Shown here: piece after piece, positions 41,087 to 52,274 of the stretch
How the letters are laid out: every line of letters begins with the position of its first letter
Numbering within the stretch: the stretch's first letter is position 1
Assembly (NCBI GenBank): GCA_963796965.1
Contig: CAWCNS010000006.1
Location: forward strand, 256,001-320,000
Source: Calditrichia bacterium
GTDB taxonomy: Bacteria; Calditrichota; Calditrichia; JAJRVZ01
Reading direction: 5' to 3'
Length of the DNA stretch: 64,000 bases
Position numbers and translations under genes: made by a program
Notes under the pieces: model-generated
Databases searched by the model: none
Told to the model about the DNA's origin: nothing
The model's input: only the letters and a program-made list of their open reading frames with translations

Positions 41087-42061
41087 CTAAGACATTAGTG
41101 CGCATATGCAGGATACATTGATAACATCTTCCACACTACACCCCCGAGACAAATCATTAAAGGGATGCTTTAACCCCTGTATAATAGGTCCAATGGCCTC
41201 TGCTTCGCCTAACCTTTGTGCAATTTTATAACCTATGTTTCCTGAGTTTAAATCAGGAAAAATTAAAACATTGGCATTTCCCGCTACAGGGCTTCCCGGA
41301 GCCTTTTTTTTACCGACAGACTCTAAAAAGGCCGCATCGAATTGTAATTCTCCATCTACGATTAAAGTAGGATCTTTTTCAGAAACGAGAGAAGTGGCAC
41401 CAATGACCTTATCAACATTAGGATGTTTTGCACTTCCTTTTGTAGAAAATGAGAGCATGGCTATACGCGGTTCTTCGTCAACCAACCGACTATGTGTTTT
41501 TGCACTGCTAATGGCAATACTGGCCAACTGATCCTCATCTGGATCGGGAATGACCGCACAGTCCGCAAAAGTTAATATCTTTTCTTGTTTTAAGGACATT
41601 ATAAAGGAGCTTGAGACAACGGAAACATTATCCGCGAGGCCAATTACCTGGATCCCAGCACGCAGAACATTGCCCGTTGTATTGATTGATCCTGCGACAG
41701 CGCCATCCGCTTTTCCTGTACGAACCATAAAAGCGCCAAAAAATAAAGGGTCCAGAAGTGCACTACGGGCTTCATCCCTTGTTATATTTTTATGTTTACG
41801 GAGGTTAAAAAAATCGTCTGTCCAGGGATCTAGCATGGGGGATTTTTGAGGATCTTCAATCTTCACATTTGAAATATTAATACCCAATGCATCAGATTGT
41901 GACTTTATTTTGGATTCGTCTCCAAGAAGAATTGGTTTCACTAATTCATGTTCAGCTAAATAGCCTGCCGCTTTTATTATCCTTTCTTCTCCGCCCTCGG
42001 GTAGTACAATTGTCCTATTTTTGTGTTTTGCCGATATTCTGAATTTTTCAATGATTGACAT
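41087..42061 (-). CDS. pta: Phosphate acetyltransferase
   Basis: VLPEG, FADCAV, AMLSFSTKGS, DGELQFDAA, FPDLNSGNIGYK, NDLSRGC. Confidence 0.96.
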   Translation of the reverse strand: MSIIEKFRISAKHKNRTIVLPEGGEERIIKAAGYLAEHELVKPILLGDESKIKSQSDALGINISNVKIEDPQKSPMLDPWTDDFFNLRKHKNITRDEARSALLDPLFFGAFMVRTGKADGAVAGSINTTGNVLRAGIQVIGLADNVSVVSSSFIMSLKQEKILTFADCAVIPDPDEDQLASIAISSAKTHSRLVDEEPRIAMLSFSTKGSAKHPNVDKVIGATSLVSEKDPTLIVDGELQFDAAFLESVGKKKAPGSPVAGNANVLIFPDLNSGNIGYKIAQRLGEAEAIGPIIQGLKHPFNDLSRGCSVEDVINVSCICALMS

Positions 42062-42197
42062 TTAATTCCTCTTTCACATTATTATATAGTCTCTTATAAT
42101 TTTAGATATTAAATCTATATTTAAAAACTAATTTTGTAAATCATAACACAAGATCGGTTATAGAGAGTTATCCTTAAATTATAACTATATTTTCTAT

Positions 42198-42686
42198 TTA
42201 CTTCGTTTCATATTTTTCATGAAGTTTCTGAGCGACTAGTGGTGTAACTAATTTATCAACATTTCCACCAAATTCAGCAACTTCACGTATGATAGTGGAA
42301 TTCAAATAGGTATACTTTTCATTTGGCATTAAAAAAACGGTTGTTACCTCACCATTAAGACGGTGGTTCATAAGAGCCATTTGGAATTCAAATTCAAAAT
42401 CCGAAATCGCACGAAGTCCACGTATTATAACAACAGCTTGTTCTTTATCAGCAAAGTCAACAAGTAATCCCTCAAAACTTCCAGCAGTAACATTTGGCAA
42501 ATGATTTGTTGCATCATTTATAAACAATATGCGCTCATCAAGGGAGAAAAGTGGCTCTTTTTTCGTGTTATTGGCAATGGTTACAATCACTTTATCAAAT
42601 ATTTTTGCAGCACGTTCCGTAATATCAAGATGGCCATTTGTAATGGGGTCAAATGTGCCTGGATAAATTGCTGTTTTTTCAGACAT
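42198..42686 (-). CDS. coaD: Phosphopantetheine adenylyltransferase
   Basis: YPGTFDPITNGH, IRGLRAISDFEFE. Confidence 0.97.
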   Translation of the reverse strand: MSEKTAIYPGTFDPITNGHLDITERAAKIFDKVIVTIANNTKKEPLFSLDERILFINDATNHLPNVTAGSFEGLLVDFADKEQAVVIIRGLRAISDFEFEFQMALMNHRLNGEVTTVFLMPNEKYTYLNSTIIREVAEFGGNVDKLVTPLVAQKLHEKYETK

Positions 42687-43237
42687 TATCCCTCCTCCAC
42701 AATAAATGACAAAATGCTTCTTCCTATTTTCTTTTGTTTTATAACCTGATATATATCTGTCTGCAAATTTATTGGATTGTCAATCTCATGGTGTAACATT
42801 AATACCCCTTCCCGACTAAGAATTTTGTAGTGAAATATTTCGTCTACTAATATCTGCATTTCAGGATATTTAAATGGTGGGTCGGCAAAAATTAATTGAA
42901 ATGCTGCCTCCCCGCGCCTAATATAATCGAGAACATCTGTTCTAATTATTTTAATCTTGTCCGCACTAACAGACAATTCATTAATATTGAATTTAAGCAC
43001 CTCCACAGATGTGGTTGCTTTTTCTACAAAACTTACACCAGTAGCACCCCGGCTAATTGCTTCAAGACCGAGGCCACCACTACCGCTAAACAGATCCAGA
43101 ATCCACCTGTCTTTACAGAAATCTCCTAATATTGAAAAGATGATTTCTTTGTTTCTATTGGTTATCGGCCGAATGGATAAATCCCGACCCGCAGAGAGGT
43201 GTTTGCCCTTAAATTGACCTGTTAATATACGCATCAA
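42686..43237 (-). CDS. rsmD: 16S rRNA m2G966 methyltransferase
   Basis: MRILTGQFKG, RP, LDLFSGSGGLGLEAISRGA, FADPPF; adjacent to coaD. Confidence 0.93.
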   Translation of the reverse strand: MMRILTGQFKGKHLSAGRDLSIRPITNRNKEIIFSILGDFCKDRWILDLFSGSGGLGLEAISRGATGVSFVEKATTSVEVLKFNINELSVSADKIKIIRTDVLDYIRRGEAAFQLIFADPPFKYPEMQILVDEIFHYKILSREGVLMLHHEIDNPINLQTDIYQVIKQKKIGRSILSFIVEEG

Positions 43238-43258
43238 TAAATCATTTGATCATTCAAA

Positions 43259-44461
43259 TTATAAATAAAAATCAATTATCAATTTGAGCATATAAGAAGA
43301 AGGGGACATGTTTCGTTGATCCGTTGGCAGTAGAGTAAGTTTATGAATGGCGATATTCGTATTAGTGGTTGCCAACTGATTAATTAAAGATAGGCTATTT
43401 TTAATTGAACCCCTTAGATCATATTCTATTCGACTTACACGGAATAAATTTTCCTGTCGGTCTGATATCGATCGTTTTGAATTAACAGTCATCCCTGACT
43501 TGGACACGATAGCATTAGACCAGGTGTCCGGTGTTATTTTTACTGGATTGGAAGATCCCTGCGAAGAAGAGCCCGCACTTTTCTTTAGGGTGATTCCATA
43601 TAATGCAAAAAACCCCCCATTACTTCCACGTCGTTGATCAACAGTTTCAATATTATACTTTTCAATATTGCGGTCTTCTTTTACCTTTAAATTATACTTT
43701 GCCAGAACTTCACGATCTGGAACAAAAACCTCTAAATTTAAAGAATTTTCATATAACAGAATACTGGAATATTTTACTTTGGGTTGATCCAAACTGGCCA
43801 GCTGAAAAATACTTTGAAGATTTTGACTCATATTTCTATTGATGTCGGAAAGAAAACTCTGTTTTCTCACATCCTGTTCCCGTAGTAATTTTTCTTGAGC
43901 TGATTCAACGACTTGTTCCGGGACTTCTTCTTTGCTTTCTCCAAAGAAAAGACTAGATACAATAAAATATATAGCAGTAATGGCTATAATAATACCCCCA
44001 CCTATAACGATAGGTTTATAATTAAGTCCCTCCTGCTTATCATCTTCTTCGTACTCGAATAGAGGTTGACTCTCCGTTCTCTTTTCTGCTAAAGGAAATT
44101 CACTTTCAGCGGTTTCATCGTATACAATAGGCGCTTGGTCATCGATTATCGGCTCAGTCATAAAATCTTGATCATTCACCTCTACAGGCATATCCGAAGG
44201 GACCAACTCTTCTTCCTTCTTCTCGAAGACGTTTTCCGTTTCTGAATCCGGGGAAACTGGAAACAACTCGTCAGAAAAATAGTCCTCTCCCGGGGTTTGC
44301 TTTAGTTCACTTACCGGAGTGGATACGGGTGAGGAATCGAACAATGGTTCTTCTTTGGCCACTGCACCATCCAGTGGCTGTTCGGTCTTTGCTGGCTCCC
44401 GATTTGAAGACTGGTTTTCATCATCTCGAAGAATATTATATTTCGACATTTTCCCCTCCAA
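43259..44461 (-). CDS. Bitopic membrane protein: acidic disordered N-terminus, TM, periplasmic domains (PilN/PilO-like?)
   Basis: Acidic Pro-rich first ~145 aa; TM IVIGGGIIIAITAIYFIV; terminal alpha/beta pattern YDLRGSIKNSLSLINQL...IHKLTL...LKLIIDF. Confidence 0.55.
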   Translation of the reverse strand: MEGKMSKYNILRDDENQSSNREPAKTEQPLDGAVAKEEPLFDSSPVSTPVSELKQTPGEDYFSDELFPVSPDSETENVFEKKEEELVPSDMPVEVNDQDFMTEPIIDDQAPIVYDETAESEFPLAEKRTESQPLFEYEEDDKQEGLNYKPIVIGGGIIIAITAIYFIVSSLFFGESKEEVPEQVVESAQEKLLREQDVRKQSFLSDINRNMSQNLQSIFQLASLDQPKVKYSSILLYENSLNLEVFVPDREVLAKYNLKVKEDRNIEKYNIETVDQRRGSNGGFFALYGITLKKSAGSSSQGSSNPVKITPDTWSNAIVSKSGMTVNSKRSISDRQENLFRVSRIEYDLRGSIKNSLSLINQLATTNTNIAIHKLTLLPTDQRNMSPSSYMLKLIIDFYL

Positions 44462-44472
44462 ATATCTTTGTT

Positions 44473-45415
44473 CTATTGGTCAAGAACCACACCAATAGAT
44501 TCAACATATTTTGTTGCTTCTTCCAGCGAAGGCAATGCACTATTCATTTTTTCCGATTTTTCAATATTTTGTAATGGGTTTAATCTTAAAGGAACTACAT
44601 TCAGGTTTTTTTGAATTAATGATAAAAACCCATCATTGACATTGTCCCCATAAATAAATACACGGCTAACCCTTACCTCTTCTTGTTTATATTGTTCAAA
44701 AAGGGTTTCCATCTGTTTAATTTTTAATCGGATATTTTTTAATAGGACTTCTGAATACTCTTCTACCTGGTAATTTTTAATCAGGCGTTCATAGTCATAT
44801 GAAAAAAAACTACCGTTCCAAAGATAAGTACTTTCCAATTTGTTTGGCGCGGTTTTAAATAAAAGAACAAGGCCTTTTGCCTGCTCCTGAAGGAAGTTTT
44901 GCAAAGTAATTTCTGATACTAGCTGGTTTATAGAAATATCGACAAGATTTAAACCAACCTCTTTGCTAAGTTTTTTAAAGAATTGAATGATCTTTTTCTT
45001 TATCGCAATCGTCAGAAAGTCTTTTCGGTTATAGGTTTCAAACACATTATCTGTTTTATAAAAAATATAATCCTCTATGGGATCTAACAAACTTTGTGAT
45101 AAATCCCAGATAATATGTTCATTCTCTTCCGACTTGGAAAAACTATCAGGTAAGCTGAATTCTTTTTAATGCAGCTAGATTAGATTCAATCGATACAGAA
45201 AGATTGGTGCCAGAATCTCCTTCAGTCAATAAATTTGACTTGATCTGGTTTGCCAGTGGAGTGAGGGAATCCTCATTAAATAAATCTGGTTCATCATACC
45301 GGAATGGATACGAAAGAGTTCCTAAACGATCCAAGGCAAGAGATTGATCGAATGGTACAAAACCGGCATAATAAATTTTATCAATACAAAAGGCCAGACC
45401 GATATGTGCACTCAT
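44473..45415 (-). CDS. PilM-like actin-fold protein, split by a frameshift near 45140
   Basis: N-terminal IGLAF strand; KLSKEVGLNLVDISIN; C-terminal VFIYGD...LNPLQ...YVESIGV resembles PilM. Confidence 0.55.
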
Positions 45416-45466
45416 ATAGAACCAGTTATAAAAGAGATAGTCTATTATTCCCTAGATTAGATATAT

Positions 45467-47144
45467 TTATTCTTCCCAACTCGCAATACCCGTGGCGCCA
45501 GAGATCTTACCATGGTTAACTATTCGCTTCTTAAATACACCATACACCGTCATTTCTTCTCCTTCTGATGCATAAAGATAGAGAGACTTCATATGTTCAT
45601 CGATCTGCTGTAGACTCAGGTAACACGGATTCTTTTGGGACAGATTTAATTTGGGCGAGGGCCGTTTTTAGACTTTCAACAAAAGGTTCAAATGAAAAAG
45701 TATTCCGCCGTATCTTTGACAACATCTCGTCATAAGAATTTAGCTCATCTATTAATTCAATATGAACAGAATCAAGATTTCCAAAGAAATTGTCTGCATA
45801 TACCTGTTTAAATGACCCCATACTTATTAATGATGCCTCCACCTGATTTTTAATCTCTGAATATGAATCACTTTCAGGTATAGTCTTAATAAAATTCTTT
45901 TCCTTTAGATACGCATCATAAACTGCGCTGTTGGGAAGTTTATCAAGAACCGCCTCTATTTCTTTTGTTTTAATCATAATGTCAATATTGCGACGGTACT
46001 TTGTTTTTATTTGCGGATAATACTCTTTTAATTCTTCAATTTTACTCAGATAATTATCAAAAGCAGGCATAAATGGTAATTGACTGATACGGTCGGCCTC
46101 TTTGACGGCCAAAGATTTTAACTCTTCCAGAAGTGTGGGATCCTCAACCCGCAGCCCACTTGAATCGCTATAATTTACCACGTAGCGCTTTTTATCAGAA
46201 GGTGTATAAAAACTGGCCTCACTTATATTTATCAATAATGAATCACTTTCAGATAAGTTGTATTGTGTATATTGTTCAGTAATAAGAAAATCTGTAAGGA
46301 ATTCCATATATACACTTGCAAGATCTTCTGATGCAGCCGTAGCTGCACTTAGATCCGCAGAAGTATTAGAATTAATGAAATATGAAAAGCCGTTTGTTGC
46401 ATCGCGTTGAAAATCAGCGACACGATCAGAAACACTTGTCAGGTTTTTCAATTCTGTGCTATTTACCTCAGCCATTAAATTGGTGACTCTTTCTGATAGG
46501 GGCATCCAACTTTTATTCATGGCCTTGAAATCTACATTAGGCAAATTAGTGGTGATATCCTTTGAGAATGAATTAGCTAACCGGGCTGCGGATTGCAATG
46601 AATAATCAGTCATATCCCTACGTAATTGTTTAAGACTATCTAGATCAACAGCCGCTATATTGTAATTAACAAACTCCATCCCGGATCTCAAAATAGAAAT
46701 CTGTTGCTTTAATTGCTCTGCTTCTTGATCTATTGCATCGAATTTCCTAAAAAATCTCTTGTTTGCTTCCAGGTCATCTTCAATATTTTTCAGGTTAAAT
46801 GAAATATCATATAATTTTTTTATTGCATTAGAATTTAAGTACGTTTCCAGAGCATTTTTCAGACGGTTTGTGTGGTTAACAACCATTTGCTTTTTTATTA
46901 ATGCTGAATCATTTTGAATAGTCGCAATAACTTCTTTTTCGTCATCTGTATAAAAACCTTTTAGACTGTGAAAATACTGATATGATTCATATAGTGTTGC
47001 CATATTTCCACGGCTAGTAGATTTAATCACTTCTTCTTCCTGCCAGATACGACCAGGTAAAATTATGACAATTATCAGAGCAACAACCAATAATACGATA
47101 AAAAACTTTAAAATGATTGAGCCTTTTCCCTCTTGACTAGCCAT
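45467..47144 (-). CDS. Large helical membrane-anchored protein with pilin-like N-terminus; C-terminus frameshifted near 45615
   Basis: Short leader MASQEGKG then a hydrophobic helix; continues in another frame LQQIDEH...NHGKISGATGIASWEE-stop at 45467. Confidence 0.6.
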
Positions 47145-47209
47145 TATGCCTCCAACCTATTAAAAGTGTTATAAATTATTCTTATTTCTATTGATGACAC
47201 TAAGATTTT

Positions 47210-47238
47210 AACTTAATCAAATCTTAATTTAATGTCAA
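47210..47238 (-). promoter_or_regulatory. Sigma70 promoter of the 47144-41087 gene run
   Basis: TTGACA-N17-TAAGTT. Confidence 0.5.
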
Positions 47239-47404
47239 ACACTTTTTCTCCCTTAGACGATCCATAACTACTACATTTTTAATGACTTCCGTCAAATGAA
47301 ATTGTTCATTTAAACCTGATTTAAGAATTATAATTGCAACAATCGAACATTTTTTCTATAATTTGTATCCTGCATGGGGAAAAATAAACAAATAAGGATC
47401 CATA

Positions 47405-49373
47405 TTGAAAATTATTAGCGGTATTTTATTGCCACTGATTTTGATTTCATCTTGTCTTCAGAAAGATGAAAATGAAGTAATTAAAGAGATACGGCTGATT
47501 GAGTACCAGAGACCTGCAGATCCTGATATATTTAACAAGTTTCTGGAAAGTGATGACGAAACAATCAGAATCGCCGCTATCGACGGTATTGCCAAAGTTG
47601 GAAATCCCGTTTTTCTCCCAACTTTATTGCAATTACTTCAAGAAAACAATCCGGCTATCCAAAAAAAGGTGCTATTTGCCCTCGGGCAAATAGGAGGACA
47701 AGACTCATTATTATTATCCTTTCTGGATACGAGCTCTTATAAAGATCATTATAAACATATCTTACTTGCTATAGGCCAATCAAAAGACGAAAAAATAATT
47801 CCAAACCTAATATCCAGGCTCACATCTCTCCATGATTCCTTAAAAACAGAAGCCATTAAAAGCATTACTTTTATTGCACCTCCGAAGTATAAGAATAGAA
47901 ATACTATCAGAGTCCTGGTAGAGTATCTAACGTATAACAACAAAAATGTAAGAGATGCTGCAATCTATTTTTTTTCCCGGCATCCCCAGATATCTTCTAT
48001 TCATTCCCTAATTCGTTTGCAAAATATTTCTAATTCACTATACAGTAAATACAGATTCAAAGCTTATCAGCCGGGCTTTAGACGACTATTATATTCAACA
48101 TCGTGATAGCGCATTATTCGACACATTAAAACATAATATCGTGTCGAACTTAAAAAGTGAATCTTCAAAATGGCAGCAAAAGATTTATACAATTGCTATC
48201 TTTTCGCATTTGGGAGATTCCACTGCCCTGGAGGTGGTTGAGAAGTTTCTATGGTCTGATAATCCACATCTTCGGATCTCGGCCCTTGGAATGTATTCAA
48301 AGAGTGATATACTTCAAGCAAAACAAATCCTATTAAAAGTTTATCAGGACGCTTCCTGGGCAGATAAAGGCCGCATCATTCTGGCTCTATCAAAAAAAGA
48401 TCCGGATATGATCTATTCCCTCATACAGCAGAACCTTGATAAGGGAAATATATTTTTTAAACAATTATTACTTCGAAGTCTTGCAAATATAAAAAACAGA
48501 ATGGCGCGTAATCAATTACGCCAATTTTTACAGGTACCCAATCCAAGACTAAATTATACGGCCTTTGAGGAACTATGGAATCTTCGGTATATCGGCTATA
48601 AACAAGCAAAACCGCTTTTACTTTCTGCTGACCAGGCGCTGACTTCCATTGCAACCGACTGGATTATTGAGCATCCCGAATGGCTAAGTTTTGAAGACTT
48701 GAGTACGGCATATACAAAATTTAAGGAACCAAAAGACGTTGAGGTCATGGCTATACTTCTAAGGGCAATCGCGGCACTTGAAACGCCACAGGCCATTGAT
48801 TTTATGACAAATATTTATCATACAACCAAATCCTATGTAATAGCCCATCAGCTCAAAAATAATTTGGCTGATCTTAATAAATCTGTTACAACCCGACCCG
48901 ATTTGCACACGAACCTTTTTGTTCCAGAAACGCTCGTTATTCAACCGACGCCGATTGATGCAATAATTGAGACTGAAAAGGGTACTATTACACTTCAATT
49001 ATTACCTGATATAGCCCCACTAACCGTTTCTAACTTTATAGGATTGGCTAAAAATGGTTTTTATAATAATCTCACTTTTCATAGGGTTGTTAGTGATTTT
49101 GTTGTTCAAGGTGGAGATCCAAGAGGCGATGGATGGGGAGGACCTGCCTATGCTCTACCCTGCGAATATAATGAGAAACCATTTAAACGAGGGACAATTG
49201 GTATGGCCACAGCCGGTAAAGATACCGGTAGCAGCCAGTTTTTTATCTGTCATTCTGAACAACCGCATTTAAACCGACGATATACAGTTTTTGGACAAGT
49301 CGTAAATGGAATGGACGTTGTAGATAAAATAGAGATTGATGATAAAATTTTAGAAATAATAATTAAGAAATGA
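47405..49373 (+). CDS. Lipoprotein with HEAT repeats and C-terminal cyclophilin PPIase, frameshifted near 48070
   Basis: Lipobox ISSC; HEAT motifs ([22 protein letters not shown]); [35 protein letters not shown]. Confidence 0.88.
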
Positions 49374-49382
49374 GAGGACACC

Positions 49383-50141
49383 ATGAAAAAAATATTTGTT
49401 ATATGTATTCTTTGCTTCCTGGTTAGTGTCACTGTATTGATTGCCGATCAAATTAGCGATAATCTGGCCAAAGGTGATAGCTTGTTCAAGATATATGACA
49501 ATAAAGGTGCTCTAAAAGCCTATTCTGATGTTTTAGCCATTGATTCACTGAATTATGATGCCAACTGGAAGGGTTGTCGGGCATATCTTGATGTTGGGGA
49601 AACCATTGAAGATGATGATGAACGTGCTGAATATTATCAGAAAGGGGCTGAACTTGCCCGCAGGGCAACCCGTATCGAGCCAGAAGGAGGAAAGGGACAT
49701 CTGTATTTAAGTATTGCTCTTGGACGAGTCGCCCTTGATGCCGGTGCCAAAGAGCGTATAAAACTATCCAAAGATATTAAATCTGAAGTTGACCTTGCTA
49801 TTAAATATGACCCGACAGATGATATCGCTTATCATGTATTGGGACGCTGGAATCGCAAATTAGCTAATTTAAGTTGGATAGAGAAGGGTTTTGCAGATAT
49901 GTTTCTAGGCGGTGTACCTGAAGATGCCAGCGATGAAAATGCCGTTGCAGCCTTTAAGAAAGCAGTGGAAATAAACCCTACCCATATCAATCACCACCTG
50001 GAACTCGGTATAACATATGAAACAATGGATCTTGAAGAAGAAGCCAGGGCTCAATATCAAAAATGTCTGGACCTGCCCAAATCTGATAGTGATGATGATA
50101 AGTATAAAAAAGATGCCATGGAAAGACTAGAAGATCTCTAA
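49383..50141 (+). CDS. Secreted TPR protein resembling the RMDN/FAM82 family
   Basis: Signal peptide; TPR helices; YHVLGRW...LANLSWIEK...FLGGVP motif. Confidence 0.7.
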   Translation: MKKIFVICILCFLVSVTVLIADQISDNLAKGDSLFKIYDNKGALKAYSDVLAIDSLNYDANWKGCRAYLDVGETIEDDDERAEYYQKGAELARRATRIEPEGGKGHLYLSIALGRVALDAGAKERIKLSKDIKSEVDLAIKYDPTDDIAYHVLGRWNRKLANLSWIEKGFADMFLGGVPEDASDENAVAAFKKAVEINPTHINHHLELGITYETMDLEEEARAQYQKCLDLPKSDSDDDKYKKDAMERLEDL

Positions 50142-50145
50142 CTAG

Positions 50146-50856
50146 ATGCAATACGGAATATCATTCGATTTTTGGAATACACTTTATGCCAATGGCGATG
50201 AGGAAAAACGTCATCGGTTACGGATTCAATATTTTCATACGCTCCTTTCAGAGTATAGACAGATTAGCAATGAGCTTGTACAGAAGGCTTTTCAGGCGTC
50301 TACACAAATGTTTATGGATGAATGGATAAACAAACAACGTACGCCCAGACCAGGTGAGCGTATCTTATATATGTGCGAAGTAATCGGCATAAGTCTTCCT
50401 GATGATATCATTAAAAAATTTGCTGATTATTTCGGGAGAATAATTGATACGGTTCCCCCCCTTAGAATTCCTTATATTGATGCCATTGTCCCACAACTTG
50501 CAGACAACTTTCCCCTGGCAATAATTTCTGACACCGGATATATTGATGGTAAATACATCCGGTCATTTTTGGAAAAGGAAAAAATCCTCTCCTGTTTTCA
50601 ATCCAATATCTTTTCTGATGAGCAGGAACATTGCAAACCACATGCTTCAGTTTTCCAAATGACTTGCCAAAATCTTAAAGTGAATTGTAACAGATTGATC
50701 CATATTGGAGATTTGGAACATACAGATGTGAGGGGCATCAAAGACATTGGTGGAATAAGTATTAAATTTACTGGTTGTAATGATGCATCAATAACCGATA
50801 CCCAAGCAGATTATGTGGTCAATAATTATACAGAGTCTACTTCCTCTGATAAATAA
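50146..50856 (+). CDS. HAD-family hydrolase (last codons probably frameshifted)
   Basis: FDFWNTL, IISDT, KPHASVF, HIGDLEHTDV. Confidence 0.9.
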   Translation: MQYGISFDFWNTLYANGDEEKRHRLRIQYFHTLLSEYRQISNELVQKAFQASTQMFMDEWINKQRTPRPGERILYMCEVIGISLPDDIIKKFADYFGRIIDTVPPLRIPYIDAIVPQLADNFPLAIISDTGYIDGKYIRSFLEKEKILSCFQSNIFSDEQEHCKPHASVFQMTCQNLKVNCNRLIHIGDLEHTDVRGIKDIGGISIKFTGCNDASITDTQADYVVNNYTESTSSDK

Positions 50857-51010
50857 GATTACAGGTACTAACTTATAAAAATGTAAACACATTACTTTTG
50901 GCAGTCGCCACAGTACAGAATAAAAATGACACCAAAGATAAATATCAGGACTTTGAGTCCGATAATGATAGTATAAATTTGCATAGAATGATTCAGGATT
51001 TGAGGCCTTC

Positions 51011-52231
51011 ATGAAAAACAAATTACTTTCCTTCGCTTTACTTCTGGTGTTAATATCTGTCCATGGGCTATTTGGGCAGGACAGTAAGATCAATATTGCT
51101 GTACTGGATCTTGATCCGACAGGTATTGCCAAACCTGATGCAGAATTTTTGTCACATCGCTTACGTACAGAACTTTTTGAGACGGGGCAGTTCCAGGTTA
51201 TCGAGCGAGAAAAAATGAATGAAATATTGACTGAACAGGGTTTTCAGCAATCAGGTTGTACTTCTGTGGAATGTGCCGTCGAAATTGGTCAACTGCTTAA
51301 TGTTGCTGTGATGACAGCTGGTAATATTGGTAAAATCGAAGACTTGTATTCTATCAGTGTCCGGATGATAGATGTAAAAACCGGTGCAATAATCAAAACG
51401 GCCACCCAGGATTTTGAGGGGAAATTAAGTGAAGTTCTAACGGATGTAATCCCTGAGATTGCATCAGAACTGGCTTCCTATGAAGTTAATAAAGGTTTAG
51501 TATCCCAACAAACTCATGATAATGAGCAAAAACAAGAATCCTCGACCGCCCAAGAGACCGGATCTTTCAGGCGATTTGGTGTCGTCTTGTTGGGTGGCTT
51601 TTCTACTCTTACCTATACAACTAAACTCAATGAAGAGATTCAGGAGGTAAATGCCTATATCGCCCCTGATATAGATGAGTTTTCTGGACATTATTTGTTA
51701 GGAGTTGAGTTGCGCTATACCTTTAGCCAACGATGGCAATTGAAGCTTGGATTTGTTGGCGAAAATATGCTATCACACTGGCAGGCATCAACGACAATCA
51801 GCTCATTGCCCGGTGGTGCTGTTGAACGAAAAAACAGATTTGTAAATTCTTATCTGGGTCTCAATTATGCAATTTGGAATTCCCCGGGAAATCATGATAT
51901 ATATATAGGAGCCGACCTAGGAAGTACATCCTACAGTTCTGATCTAATCTATTCATATACATCGCTTGATGGTACCAATTTTGAAGATAGTAAAACATAT
52001 GAATATACATCATTTACATTTAAGTTTGCTGTGGGGGGAACCTATTTTGTGAGCAAGGTGGTTTCTTTAGGAGTAAGCATCATTTTTAAAAGCGTACAAC
52101 CCTATGATACATCTGATCAATCATTCTCGACTGATTTTGATTTTCCGGAAGAATTAATTCCATTTCTCCTACCAGAAGAAATAAATGCTTCTGGTATTCA
52201 ATTTACCTTTTATCTTGGTTTTCATTTTTAA
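51011..52231 (+). CDS. CsgG/HfaB-like N-domain fused to an outer-membrane beta-barrel
   Basis: IAVLDL...LRTEL...FQVIERE...EQGFQQSGCTSVECAVEIGQLL; terminal strand YLGFHF. Confidence 0.75.
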   Translation: MKNKLLSFALLLVLISVHGLFGQDSKINIAVLDLDPTGIAKPDAEFLSHRLRTELFETGQFQVIEREKMNEILTEQGFQQSGCTSVECAVEIGQLLNVAVMTAGNIGKIEDLYSISVRMIDVKTGAIIKTATQDFEGKLSEVLTDVIPEIASELASYEVNKGLVSQQTHDNEQKQESSTAQETGSFRRFGVVLLGGFSTLTYTTKLNEEIQEVNAYIAPDIDEFSGHYLLGVELRYTFSQRWQLKLGFVGENMLSHWQASTTISSLPGGAVERKNRFVNSYLGLNYAIWNSPGNHDIYIGADLGSTSYSSDLIYSYTSLDGTNFEDSKTYEYTSFTFKFAVGGTYFVSKVVSLGVSIIFKSVQPYDTSDQSFSTDFDFPEELIPFLLPEEINASGIQFTFYLGFHF

Positions 52232-52274
52232 TTAATAGCCCATAGATAAAATAATGATAATGGCTAGCCAAAAT

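Noticed and set aside
51011..52231. Curli or holdfast secretion system
   Set aside because: Only a CsgG-like domain is present, with no csgA/B/E/F or hfa partners nearby
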